A DNA stretch of 62,077 nt from an uncultured Opitutia bacterium (GCA_903940425.1 CAJAKX010000052.1:1-62077), one strand, 5' to 3'. Numbered from the stretch's first letter, positions 48,212-57,169 are shown. The notes: generated from the letters alone by a model not told the origin. Numbers and translations are program-made.

Positions 48212-49015
48212 TTACGACCCGTTCATAATCGCCACGCATTGGTAAAGGACACGTCCGCCAGGATAGGGTGTCGAACCGGTTACGAAAAGCTGGTGTCCGG
48301 CGGCATTCAAAATGGCATTCCCAGAGAGACCCTGCGCCAGCCCGGTTTCTTTTTCCAACGCGGCCACCCAGTCCGCATCCTGGGCGAGGACAAAAACGCC
48401 GTTCGGCGGTGCGACCAACACAGAAAACACCGTGACCCGGGCCGCCAGCCGGCCGGCGACTGCGCCAGGCACCGCGGGTACTGCCGCGGTCTGCGCCTGT
48501 TTGACTTCAAGCTTGATCATTCGGGCCACGGCCTCCGGACCGGTGTCGCCCAGCCCCGCGCTCACCCAATCCAACAGCAGGTTGCGCACGGCATTCAGGT
48601 CGGGAGCCTGCGCAATGGGATCCATGCCGCCGCTCTTATGGATGGCTTTGACCAGGCTGGAGATCTCCTTGAGGTAAACGTTCTTCTGCGCGCCCGGGAT
48701 GTAATACATCACCACTAGATGCACGGGCTTACCGTCCGAGGCGTCGTAGGCTATGCCCTGCGACGACCAGCCGATGGCGCAAAAGAGCTCACCTTCCTCA
48801 CGCCGCGCGCGGACGTGGGGAACGCCCACGCCTAGGCCGATGCCCGTGTTGCACTCTTGCTCGCGATCCTTGATCTCCTCGATCATGTCGGTGCCAACCT
48901 CGATGTCCGGGTTGGCGTCCAGAATGCGGGCGAGGAATTCCAAGGCCCGCGCCTTGCCCGCCTCGGGCAATTCGAAGAGCCGTCCTTCCTGGAGCGCGGT
49001 CAAAATGCTGCGCAT
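48212..49015 (-). CDS. PTS EIIA(Ntr)-like (PTS_EIIA_2) domain protein with extra C-terminal domain of unknown function
   Basis: N-terminal 150 aa: LFELPEAGKARALEFLARIL...NTGIGLGVGVPHVRARREEG...HLVVMYYIP matches the PtsN/EIIA-2 pattern, including the phosphorylatable His context (G-V-P-H). The C-terminal 115 aa or so are unassigned. The ATG lies 3 nt after the mgtA stop. Confidence 0.75.
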   Translation of the reverse strand: MRSILTALQEGRLFELPEAGKARALEFLARILDANPDIEVGTDMIEEIKDREQECNTGIGLGVGVPHVRARREEGELFCAIGWSSQGIAYDASDGKPVHLVVMYYIPGAQKNVYLKEISSLVKAIHKSGGMDPIAQAPDLNAVRNLLLDWVSAGLGDTGPEAVARMIKLEVKQAQTAAVPAVPGAVAGRLAARVTVFSVLVAPPNGVFVLAQDADWVAALEKETGLAQGLSGNAILNAAGHQLFVTGSTPYPGGRVLYQCVAIMNGS

Positions 49016-49018
49016 AGA

Positions 49019-51598
49019 TTAATCGATTCCAAACCGTCGGATGAACCACATCTTCACGGTGTGGGTCAAGACGCTGTAGGCGAGAAGGAATCCCGCCAGC
49101 CACAGGAAGAAAACCGGTGGCAGCGGGGTGAAACCGAGAAATTGCGCCAATGGAGAAAACGGCAGCCAGACTCCAAGGGCCATGATGACCAGCGTCGTGA
49201 AGAGCATGGGTTTGCTGGCGCGACTTTGGATGAACGGAATGCGCTGGGTGCGGATGATGTGGACAATCAGCGTTTGGGTGAGCAGCGATTCGACGAACCA
49301 GCCCGTGTGGAAGAGTTTTTCCAGATGGCTCTTGTCGACCGCAGAGGTTCCCGGCGAACCAAAGGCGATACAGCCGAAGAAATAGAGCATCAGAAAGAAT
49401 GTGGCGTAGTCGAAGATCGAACTGATGGGGCCGATGAAAACCATGAAATTGCGGATACTGCGGATATTCCACCGGCGTGGCTTGGTTAGGTATTCCTGGT
49501 CGACGTTGTCGAGTGGAATGCCGATTTGCGAGAAATCGTAGAGAAGATTGTTCACCAGCACCTGAATCGGAGCCATCGGCAGAAACGGGAGGAAGTAGGC
49601 GCCGCCGACGACACTGAACATGTTCCCAAAGTTGGAACTGGCCCCCATTTTGATGTATTTGATGATATTGCCGAAGACTTTCCGGCCTTCCATGATGCCA
49701 TCTTCCAGCACGAGGAGGCTTTTCTCGAGGAGGATGATGTCGGCCGATTCTTTCGCCACGTCCACCGCCGTATCCACCGAGATGCCGACGTCGGCGGCCT
49801 TCATCGCGAGCACGTCGTTGATGCCATCGCCGAGGAAGCCCACGACGTGCCCCTGGGCCCGCAGGGTTTTGATAACCTTCTCCTTCTGGTCGGGGGTAAG
49901 GCGGGCGAGCACATTGGCTTCGTCGACCTCCCGGGCAAAAGCCGCATCATCGAGCGCCGCGAGTTGGGGACCCGTGGCGACCTTGGTGATGGGCATGGCC
50001 ACGTCGCCACAGACCTTGCGCGTGACAAGTTCGTTGTCGCCGGTGAGGATCTTGACGGCGACGCCGGAGCGAGAGAGCGCCGCGATAGCCTTGGCCGAGG
50101 TGTCCTTGGCCGGATCGAAAAAGGCGATGTAGCCCAGCAGGATCAGCTCGGATTCGTCGGTCACCGAGAACGTTTGCTTGGTGCGGTCGAACTCACGGTA
50201 GGCGATGGCCAGCACCCGGTAACCCTGGGCACTCAGGCTGCGATACTCATCCATGAGGTCGTCGCGGATGAGTTTGATGAGGGGATTGATGTCCTCGTCC
50301 ACCTGGTAGTTTTCGCAGACAGCGGTTACTTCCTCGACCGCCCCTTTGCAGATGAGCACATGCCGGTCTTCGTAATCGATCACCACGGACATTCGGCGCC
50401 GTTTGAAGTCGAAGGGGATTTCATCGACCTTGCGGCAGTTGCGTTCGACATCGAGTTCGCTGTGAGCCAGGATTGCCCGGTCGAGCAGGTTGCGCAGGCC
50501 GGTCTGGTAAAAGCTGTTCATGTAGGCGTAGCGCAACACATCCTCGCTGGACCGGTTGGTCACGTCCACATAGCGTTCCAGCACGACATGGTCCTGGGTC
50601 AGCGTGCCGGTCTTGTCGGTGCAGAGCACGTCCATCGCGCCGAAGTTTTGGATGGCGTGCAGATGCTTCACGATGACCTTCTTGCGGGACATCATGAGCG
50701 CGCCCTTGGAGAGGCAGACGGTCATGATCATCGGCAGCATCTCCGGCGTCAGCCCCACTGCCACCGACAGAGCGAACAGCAGCGCCTCGATCCAGTTGTG
50801 GTTTCGCAAACCGACGATGAGGAAAGTGATCGAGACCATCACGATCATGAAGCGGATCATCAGCCAGGTGAAGTCGTGCACGCCCTTGTCGAAACTCGTG
50901 GCCTCGCGCCTGGACATGAGTTTCTCCGCGAGCGAGCCGAAGTAAGTGTGGACGCCCGTGACCAGCACCACACCGCGCGCGGCACCGCTCAGCACATTGC
51001 TGCCCATGAAGCAGGCGTTGGAAAACTCGAAGGCCGCGTGCCCCACCGGCTGGTTCGTGTCGGGGCTCTTCTCCACGGGCATGGATTCCCCCGTCAGCGC
51101 CGATTGGGTGACGAAAAAGTCCTTGGCCGAGAGAATGCGCAAATCCGCCGGGATTAGACTGCCGGCCGTCAGGACCACCACATCACCGGGCACCACCTCC
51201 TCCAGTAGCACCTCGGTTTCTTTGCCATCGCGCAGCACCGTCACGGTCGTCTTCACGAGCTTCTGGAGTTTTTCGATCGCCCGCGACGACCGCGCCTCTT
51301 GGAAATAGGAAAGGAAGACGCTGAGAAACACCATGCTGCCGACGATGACAGTCGAGGATGTGTCGCCCGTCAGGTAGCACACGATGGCGATGACGATGAG
51401 TTGGACGACCAGCGGATTGCGGCAGCGTTCCAATAGGTCACGCAAGACCGAAGGCCGTTTGCCCGCGGCCACCGTGTTCGGTCCGATTTCGTCTAAAACC
51501 TTCGCCGCCCGCTCAGAAGACAACCCGTTGCTGGAACTGCCCAAACGATTGAGCAGCTCCGCATCAGGAATGGTGTATTGGGTTGTATCGGAGGGCAA
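49019..51598 (-). CDS. mgtA: Magnesium-translocating P-type ATPase
   Basis: 859 aa. LCTDKTGTLTQ phosphorylation site, TGES, GDGINDVLAMKAADVGISV, and the C-terminal 10-TM organisation and length typical of MgtA/MgtB. TTG start. Confidence 0.93.
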   Translation of the reverse strand: MPSDTTQYTIPDAELLNRLGSSSNGLSSERAAKVLDEIGPNTVAAGKRPSVLRDLLERCRNPLVVQLIVIAIVCYLTGDTSSTVIVGSMVFLSVFLSYFQEARSSRAIEKLQKLVKTTVTVLRDGKETEVLLEEVVPGDVVVLTAGSLIPADLRILSAKDFFVTQSALTGESMPVEKSPDTNQPVGHAAFEFSNACFMGSNVLSGAARGVVLVTGVHTYFGSLAEKLMSRREATSFDKGVHDFTWLMIRFMIVMVSITFLIVGLRNHNWIEALLFALSVAVGLTPEMLPMIMTVCLSKGALMMSRKKVIVKHLHAIQNFGAMDVLCTDKTGTLTQDHVVLERYVDVTNRSSEDVLRYAYMNSFYQTGLRNLLDRAILAHSELDVERNCRKVDEIPFDFKRRRMSVVIDYEDRHVLICKGAVEEVTAVCENYQVDEDINPLIKLIRDDLMDEYRSLSAQGYRVLAIAYREFDRTKQTFSVTDESELILLGYIAFFDPAKDTSAKAIAALSRSGVAVKILTGDNELVTRKVCGDVAMPITKVATGPQLAALDDAAFAREVDEANVLARLTPDQKEKVIKTLRAQGHVVGFLGDGINDVLAMKAADVGISVDTAVDVAKESADIILLEKSLLVLEDGIMEGRKVFGNIIKYIKMGASSNFGNMFSVVGGAYFLPFLPMAPIQVLVNNLLYDFSQIGIPLDNVDQEYLTKPRRWNIRSIRNFMVFIGPISSIFDYATFFLMLYFFGCIAFGSPGTSAVDKSHLEKLFHTGWFVESLLTQTLIVHIIRTQRIPFIQSRASKPMLFTTLVIMALGVWLPFSPLAQFLGFTPLPPVFFLWLAGFLLAYSVLTHTVKMWFIRRFGID

Positions 51599-51635
51599 AA
51601 TCGAACGTAGACGGTCGTCGCTTCACTGCACTGAT

Positions 51636-51893
51636 TCAAGGTGAATAGCCGCGGGTGTGCAGGAGAAGCGGAGTGTCCAGGCTGCGGTTGATTCGATGGG
51701 TTGGCCCCGTGGAGCGCTGGAACAAGCTTTGGCGGTCGACCGCTGTGATACCGGCGATCACCCACCGGAATTCCCTGAAGCCGTCGAGGGCCACGGCGAT
51801 GGGAGTGCTGCCTGGATCCATGGTAGCAGGTAGCAGCAAGGTCCGCCGGCGGAATCTCCTGATCGAGTGGATGGTCTTGCTGATCCAGAACAT
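51636..51893 (-). CDS. Candidate small CDS (85 aa) immediately upstream of mgtA
   Basis: These are the last 85 codons of ORF 51636..52229, starting at ATG 51893. My hand count gives third-position GC of about 78% here, against about 59% for the upstream 112 codons of the same ORF and about 56% for an alternative frame. That is the signature of real coding. No homology recognised. Confidence 0.3.
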   Translation of the reverse strand: MFWISKTIHSIRRFRRRTLLLPATMDPGSTPIAVALDGFREFRWVIAGITAVDRQSLFQRSTGPTHRINRSLDTPLLLHTRGYSP

Positions 51894-51931
51894 GCGCGCC
51901 GATGCTTCGCGTCGCAAAATGTCGGCGCAAG

Positions 51932-51976
51932 AAAAAACTCCCGCTGCACAGATGTTTGTTCGAGCATGCCTCGGGA
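51932..51976 (-). terminator. Terminator/attenuator-like hairpin plus U6 tract inside the region upstream of mgtA
   Basis: Minus strand: TCCCGAGGCA (51976-51967) pairs with TGCAGCGGGA (51948-51939) as 5+3 bp with a 2x2 internal loop and an 18-nt apical loop, followed by TTTTTT (51937-51932). Confidence 0.4.
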
Positions 51977-52487
51977 TCAATCGCGGCGTCCCTGCGCTCA
52001 CGCGCATTTTTTGGTCCGGCGCTTCCAGCACAAGTTGAGAGCATCCGACCTGGCGGCAGCCCACATATGTCCCGTCCGAATTCCTGCCTTGGCTGTCATA
52101 TTTGATATGGCCCCGGTTCCTGACCGACAAAAACGATGCAAAGCCGCGGCACCTACGGGGCCGCAAAAATGGCCCGGGTTCAAGACGACCCTCTCGTACA
52201 GCATCCATCAGCGTCCATGCCTTAAGCATGCTCTCTGACTCGGCCTGACCAGCGCACGTTCAGCCGCCTTGTAGCAAACACGGTGCAGCCATGCCCACCG
52301 CACAGCGGGCATGCATTCTGCAGGTTAACATCCCATCGGTTCGCTCATTATGCAACAGCCGGCAGCAATCGAAAATCACCCGTGATATTTTATCTCATTA
52401 TTCCAAAACAAATTATCACATATTCCCCCTAGCTGGCATCGTTCTAGGTGAAGGGAAGGTGTTTTCGACCACAACACTTCAACTGTC

Positions 52488-53228
52488 ATGCCTGCTCGCA
52501 CGCCTTCAGTCCACTCCCGTCCGCGTTTTGAAGATCCTTCCAGCCCTGAGGCACCGGCCGGCGAAGCTGCCGTCGATGCCAGCCTGGTCCGCCGGTTTAT
52601 CACCGGTGACGAATCCGCCTTCACCGAGATAGTCACCCGCTACCGCGGCAAGATCTACGGCCTGACACTCAATCTCCTGCACAACGCCGCCGACGCCGAG
52701 GAAATCACTCAGGACACCTTCATCCGCGCCTATCGCGGGCTTGTCCGTTTCCGCGGCGACTCCTCCCTCTCCACCTGGCTCTACCGCATTGCCCTCAATC
52801 TCGCCCGCAACCGCTATTGGTATTTTTTCCGCCGCCGCCGGCATCACTGGGTGTCGCTCGAGCGCCCGCTGCGCGATGATTCGGAGGCTACGTTCGCCGA
52901 CATTGTCGCCGCCCCGGACCACGATCCGGCGCAGGAGACCGTCGTCGGCGAATTTACCGAACTCGTTGCGGCGTGCATGGAACGCCTCGACCGCCGGCAT
53001 CGTGAAATCCTCACCATGCGCAATGTGCTCGACCTGTCCTATGAGCAGATCGCGCGTTCGCTCGGCATCAACGTCGGCACCGTGAAAAGCCGCATCGCCC
53101 GCGCCCGGGAGAACCTGCGCATCCTGCTCGCGGAGTCACACCCAGAATTCAAGCCGGCCCTGTCCGTGGCCGATTTCTTCCTTACGACGCGGGCGATCCA
53201 TGGCCAGCCCGCCATCAACTATGCCTGA
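52488..53228 (+). CDS. ECF-type RNA polymerase sigma-70 family factor
   Basis: Region 2 (AEEITQDTFIRAYRGLVRFRGDSSLSTWLYRIALNLARN) and region 4 (ILTMRNVLDLSYEQIARSLGINVGTVKSRIARAR) are the typical sigma-24/ECF architecture. Confidence 0.92.
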   Translation: MPARTPSVHSRPRFEDPSSPEAPAGEAAVDASLVRRFITGDESAFTEIVTRYRGKIYGLTLNLLHNAADAEEITQDTFIRAYRGLVRFRGDSSLSTWLYRIALNLARNRYWYFFRRRRHHWVSLERPLRDDSEATFADIVAAPDHDPAQETVVGEFTELVAACMERLDRRHREILTMRNVLDLSYEQIARSLGINVGTVKSRIARARENLRILLAESHPEFKPALSVADFFLTTRAIHGQPAINYA

Positions 53229-53283
53229 CCACCGGAACCTTTACGCCCGCCACCTGACATAATCACTTAACCGACCAAGCACC

Positions 53284-53394
53284 ATGAAGACATCCCGCCT
53301 TTACCAACGATTTGCCGCCTGGTTTCGCACCCATCGCCCCCTGCGCTGGGTCGAGACGATCGCGACGGATTATTCCGAGTGGACCCCGTGGTGA
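53284..53394 (+). CDS. Candidate 36-codon ORF between the ECF sigma gene and its terminator
   Basis: ATG 53284 to TGA 53392-53394: MKTSRLYQRFAAWFRTHRPLRWVETIATDYSEWTPW. Third-position GC is about 77% by hand count. Below the ORF-track length cutoff. Confidence 0.3.
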   Translation: MKTSRLYQRFAAWFRTHRPLRWVETIATDYSEWTPW

Positions 53395-53471
53395 TCAGCC
53401 GATCATGGCCGCGCCATCGGCCTGCCGCTTCCGCTGTCTGAACCAGGTCGGCCACCGTCTTCGCCCCGCCC

Positions 53472-53499
53472 AACCGCGCCACCTTTGGCGCGGTTTTTT
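53472..53499 (+). terminator. Intrinsic terminator downstream of the ECF sigma unit
   Basis: Perfect 10-bp stem AACCGCGCCA / TGGCGCGGTT, loop CCTT, T-run TTTTTT. Confidence 0.85.
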
Positions 53500-53550
53500 A
53501 TTGTGCGCGCGAGCTTGCCCGCGACCGGCGGAATCCATGCACTTCCCGCC

Positions 53551-54684
53551 ATGCCTGCCGCCATCCGCGTCACCCCGCAAGCCGCCCGCCGTTTTCTGCG
53601 GCAGGCGCTCCTGCTCGACCAGCCGGCGGCCACGGTCGGCGAGGCCCTCGTACACCTCGGCTATGTACAGATCGATCCCATCAATGTCTGCGGCCGCATG
53701 CATGACTTGATCCTTCGCAACCGCGTGGCCGGCTATCGCGAAGGTGCCCTGCTGCGCCACCTGTACGGAGATACGAACAACCGGTTGCAGGCTCCGCCCT
53801 TTCGCCACCACCTCCGGACTGCATTCGAACAGCACCATCCCGGGGCGGGCGTTCTGGTTGTGCTTCCGCTCGCCGCCTGGCCGCACCTCCTCGCGCGCAT
53901 GCAGCATCGTCGCACGACGCCCGGCGGTTACGCCGGCAGGCTCTCCGCCGCCGAGGAACGCCTCGCCCAGCGCATCCTCGGTGAGATCACCGACCGCGGT
54001 CCGCTCAGTTCCGACGAAATCGACCATGATGCGCGCGCGATCACGGCTTGGGGCACGCACGGTCGCATGGCCAAGGCCGTGCTCGACAAACTCTTTTACC
54101 ATGGCCGCGTGCTGATCGCCCGACGCGACAATTTCCGCCGCAAATACGACCTGCCCGAACGCGTGCTCCCGCCCGAGATTTGCCATGCCCCCGGGCCCGC
54201 GTCCGAAGCCACCGCACGCTGGTTGATTCTCCTGCGTCTGCGTCAACGCCGGCTGGTCGTGCTCAAGAAAGCTGAGTTACCTCTCGTGTCCGATCTGGTG
54301 CAACCGGTCGAGGTCGATGGCTGCCCGCTATTCCATTGCCTGAGGGAGGATGTGCCGCTCTTCGACTCGGCGCCGGATTATTCTCCGCCTCCCATCCACC
54401 CGCAGCTGCTCGCCCCGCTCGATCCGCTGATCTACGACCGGCGCCTCACCCGGCAACTCTGGGGTTTCGACTACACCTGGGAAGCCTACCTGCCCGCCGC
54501 GAAGCGCAAGCGCGGTCATTACGCGCTGCCCGTGCTGGTCGGGACCGAACTGGTGGGTCACGTCAACCTCAAGGCCGACCGCGGGGCGCGGCGTCTCCGC
54601 CTGCTGTCCCGCTCGATCCGCTGCGGCCACCAGGTCGCGCCGGCCGTCCGGCAGCTCGCCCGGTTTCTCGGATTGAGATCATAA
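53551..54684 (+). CDS. Winged-helix DUF1006 protein, YcaQ/AlkZ-like DNA glycosylase family
   Basis: ORF 53485..54684 trimmed to ATG 53551, because the upstream codons overlap the terminator. HLGYVQIDPINVCGRMHDLILRNRV and the overall length match the YcaQ family as I recall it. Confidence 0.75.
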   Translation: MPAAIRVTPQAARRFLRQALLLDQPAATVGEALVHLGYVQIDPINVCGRMHDLILRNRVAGYREGALLRHLYGDTNNRLQAPPFRHHLRTAFEQHHPGAGVLVVLPLAAWPHLLARMQHRRTTPGGYAGRLSAAEERLAQRILGEITDRGPLSSDEIDHDARAITAWGTHGRMAKAVLDKLFYHGRVLIARRDNFRRKYDLPERVLPPEICHAPGPASEATARWLILLRLRQRRLVVLKKAELPLVSDLVQPVEVDGCPLFHCLREDVPLFDSAPDYSPPPIHPQLLAPLDPLIYDRRLTRQLWGFDYTWEAYLPAAKRKRGHYALPVLVGTELVGHVNLKADRGARRLRLLSRSIRCGHQVAPAVRQLARFLGLRS

Positions 54685-54688
54685 CACG

Positions 54689-54719
54689 CTCGGGCCGCCG
54701 GCGTACGCGGCGGCCCGAG
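54689..54719. terminator. 12-bp GC-rich hairpin between convergent genes (possible bidirectional terminator)
   Basis: CTCGGGCCGCCG / CGGCGGCCCGAG with a 7-nt loop. No T-tract on either side. Confidence 0.45.
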
Positions 54720-54749
54720 GCGCTGACAACCTGGTCCCGGCATGCCGTC

Positions 54750-56636
54750 TCAGTATCTCGCCTCAATGCCGGCGAAGACCCCGGCGCCGAGAGCCGGATA
54801 GCCGCTTACCTCCTCATAATGCGTGTCGAAGAGGTTCTCGACGCGCGCCTTCACGGTTACCCGGGCATTCACGGCCCATGCCGCATAGAGACGCGCCACG
54901 GTGTAATCCTTCGCATCGATGGTGGCAAAGGTGAGCGCATCAACATCCTGGCGTTTTGCCACGCGCGCGACGCCCGTGCCGATGCTGCAGCCATGGCCCA
55001 GCTCCCGCCAGACATCAGCCGAGAACATGTGCCGGGGCCGGCGGAGCAGCCGGGTATGCTGCGTCAGGTTGTCAGCCTCGAGGTAGGTGTAAGCCACCCG
55101 CGTTTCCCACGAACCGCGCAGCCGCTCGCGCGCGGACAGTTCAAGACCGCGGGTGCACGCCTGATCGACGTTGGCCGTGGTGCCCGGAAACACGGAGAAA
55201 TTATACACGATCAGATCGTGATAACGCGTGTCGAACCACGTGGCGCTCACGGTGCCCCGGTGCTGCGGAAGATAGACATCAACACCGGTGTCCCAGCCGC
55301 GCGCGTGCTCGGGCTGCAGATGGGGGTTGCCCTGATAGTAGGCGCTCTGGCCGTAGAGGTCGAGAAAGCTCGGCGAACGAAACGCCGTGCCGTAGCTGGC
55401 GCGCAGCTTGACCCGTCCGGGCACCGGCAGCCATGCGGCGGTCGCGCGTCCGGTCGTGGCGCGGCCGAAGGTGTCGTGGTCGTCGCTGCGCAGACCGGCG
55501 GTAAGAAAGACATGATCCGCGGGCGTCCATTCGTCCTGCGCAAAAAAGGCCAGCAGGCTCTCCTGCTTGTTGATGTCGCCAAAGCCGTTGTTGCGCGTCT
55601 GGTCCCGCTCGGCCGTGAGACCGGCGGTCAGACGGTGTTGCTCGCCGAGCGCGACGGTATTCTGCCAGTCGAGCATGCCGCGGCGGTTGGTGACGACAGT
55701 GACCTGCGTGGGCAGGCCGGGCGTCGGATTTTCCGAGACGAAACGCCGGTCTTGTCCGCCGAGGATCACGCGGCCTGACCAGGCCGGCGACACCGGGTAC
55801 TCCGCGAACACCGTGGCGAGATGATTCTGTTCGCGCTCCTGATTGTCCGGATCGTTGGTAAAGCGGTCGCCCGGCGAGCCGTACTTGCCGATGAAGCCGC
55901 GAAGGGTCGCGCCGAGGGTGAGCTGCCCGCTCACCCGCCGGTCGAGGCGCGCGGCGTAGCTGGTGCCGGTAAAGGCGTTGTTCGGCCGCTGGTTTTGGGT
56001 GCGGCCGTCCTGCACCGTGACATCGTAGGCCCAGGCGTCGCGCACCCCTTGGGCGCTGATCGCCCCCTGCACCGTGCCAAACGAACCGCCTTCGAACGCG
56101 ATGCGTTCCGAGGGCGCGCCTTCGCCTTTGACCGTCCGCACGGCCACGACGCCGCCCATGGCCTCGCCGCCATAGAGCGTGCTTTGCGGACCCCGCGCGA
56201 TCTCGATGCTGTCGGAAGCCGATACGCTCGCGCCGCCGAGAAACACGGCATAGTCGGTGTTCGGGTCGTTCAAACGCAGGCCGTCCACCAGAAACAGCGT
56301 CTGGTTGGAGTTCGCGCCGCGCAGGAAGAGCGACGTCGTCGCACCGGCGGCGCCGCTGGCAAAAAGCGGCAGGCCCGGCAGACCCCCCAGGGCCCCGCGC
56401 AACGAGCTGACCTGCTGTCGGGCCAGTTCCTCGCCGGAAATGAAGTCGACGCTGCTGCCCAGCGCGCTCAAGGGCATGGGCGTGCGCGTGGCTGTGACCA
56501 TGACTTCGTCGAGCTGCACGGGCTCCGACGCCGATTGGGCCGCCAGACGGACGGCCAAGGCGGGCAGCGCCGCAAGGACGGCTGCCAGCGGGATGAGGCT
56601 CCGGCGCGCAAGGGGCGCCGGCGGACGGGTGTTCAT
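54750..56636 (-). CDS. btuB: TonB-dependent outer-membrane receptor, vitamin B12 transporter type
   Basis: Trimmed to ATG 56636 (MNTRPPAPLARRSLIPLAAVLAALPALA signal peptide; AGGAG 5 nt upstream). TonB box DEVMVTATR, plug domain LFLRGANSNQTLFLVDGLRLND, C-terminal ...FAGIEARY aromatic terminus. Preceded by a cobalamin riboswitch. Confidence 0.9.
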   Translation of the reverse strand: MNTRPPAPLARRSLIPLAAVLAALPALAVRLAAQSASEPVQLDEVMVTATRTPMPLSALGSSVDFISGEELARQQVSSLRGALGGLPGLPLFASGAAGATTSLFLRGANSNQTLFLVDGLRLNDPNTDYAVFLGGASVSASDSIEIARGPQSTLYGGEAMGGVVAVRTVKGEGAPSERIAFEGGSFGTVQGAISAQGVRDAWAYDVTVQDGRTQNQRPNNAFTGTSYAARLDRRVSGQLTLGATLRGFIGKYGSPGDRFTNDPDNQEREQNHLATVFAEYPVSPAWSGRVILGGQDRRFVSENPTPGLPTQVTVVTNRRGMLDWQNTVALGEQHRLTAGLTAERDQTRNNGFGDINKQESLLAFFAQDEWTPADHVFLTAGLRSDDHDTFGRATTGRATAAWLPVPGRVKLRASYGTAFRSPSFLDLYGQSAYYQGNPHLQPEHARGWDTGVDVYLPQHRGTVSATWFDTRYHDLIVYNFSVFPGTTANVDQACTRGLELSARERLRGSWETRVAYTYLEADNLTQHTRLLRRPRHMFSADVWRELGHGCSIGTGVARVAKRQDVDALTFATIDAKDYTVARLYAAWAVNARVTVKARVENLFDTHYEEVSGYPALGAGVFAGIEARY

Positions 56637-56779
56637 ATCTGCTCCTGTAGGCTGGGTGGGAAGAGCAGAAACGTGGGTGCCGGTCGCGGACCGCAAACGC
56701 CCGTCACTTCTACTCTCACCCTTCATTGATGCGATGAAGGTTTCTCGCCAACGCGCGCATCAGCGTCGGCGTAGTGAGC

Positions 56780-57030
56780 TTCCAGAGCCAGATATTCGGA
56801 CTCCGCATTTCCCGCCCTGGGCGATCCTGGATAAGTCGGGATGCCCAAAGGCTTACTCGCCCCTCGCCTTCACCGAGGCTGGCGCCTCAATTGGCTTTGT
56901 CTGTCGGGTTCTCCCCTGACAGTCGGGGTTTGTGATGCGATACCGCAGCGCTACTGTGGCCGGTTCTCACGGCCTTCCCTGCGTCTCCGGAACCGATGCA
57001 AAGAACCAACGCGGCGATATGAACGGTGCT
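56780..57030 (-). promoter_or_regulatory. Cobalamin (AdoCbl) riboswitch in the btuB 5' leader
   Basis: Minus strand 56980-56941 reads AGGGAAGGCCGTGAGAACCGGCCACAGTAGCGCTGCGGTA, matching the conserved cobalamin-riboswitch core (AGGGAA, the GTG.GAA.CC helix, GCCAC.G, GCGGTA). A B12-box-like AGTCCGAATATCTGGC sits at 56802-56787. Boundaries are approximate. Confidence 0.8.
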
Positions 57031-57169
57031 CTTGGCTCGCGGCAAGCGCGTTTCCTGTGCAATCTTTGTCCGTCTTTTGGCTCCCCGTCCGCTTTGGCCA
57101 TGACCCATTTCCGGTGTTGCCATTATCATATCATCATATCTTGATGCGTCGATACATACTTATTCCACG

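Noticed and set aside
51894-52229. Upstream 112 codons of the 197-aa ORF 51636..52229, and the 183-aa ORF 51493..52044.
   Set aside because: Third-position GC is only about 56-59% by hand count. The peptides are Arg/Cys-rich and implausible, and 51493..52044 overlaps the mgtA start. Only the last 85 codons of 51636..52229 were retained, as a low-confidence candidate.
51599-52300. M-box (ykoK) Mg2+ riboswitch upstream of mgtA.
   Set aside because: I searched the minus strand by eye for the conserved strings (GGTGAGGC, GACGCTAATGGG, CATAAGG, GTGCTAAAGCTC). I found only a partial GACGCTGATGG, in the wrong order relative to a weak TAGGTGCC. That is not supportable without a covariance-model scan.
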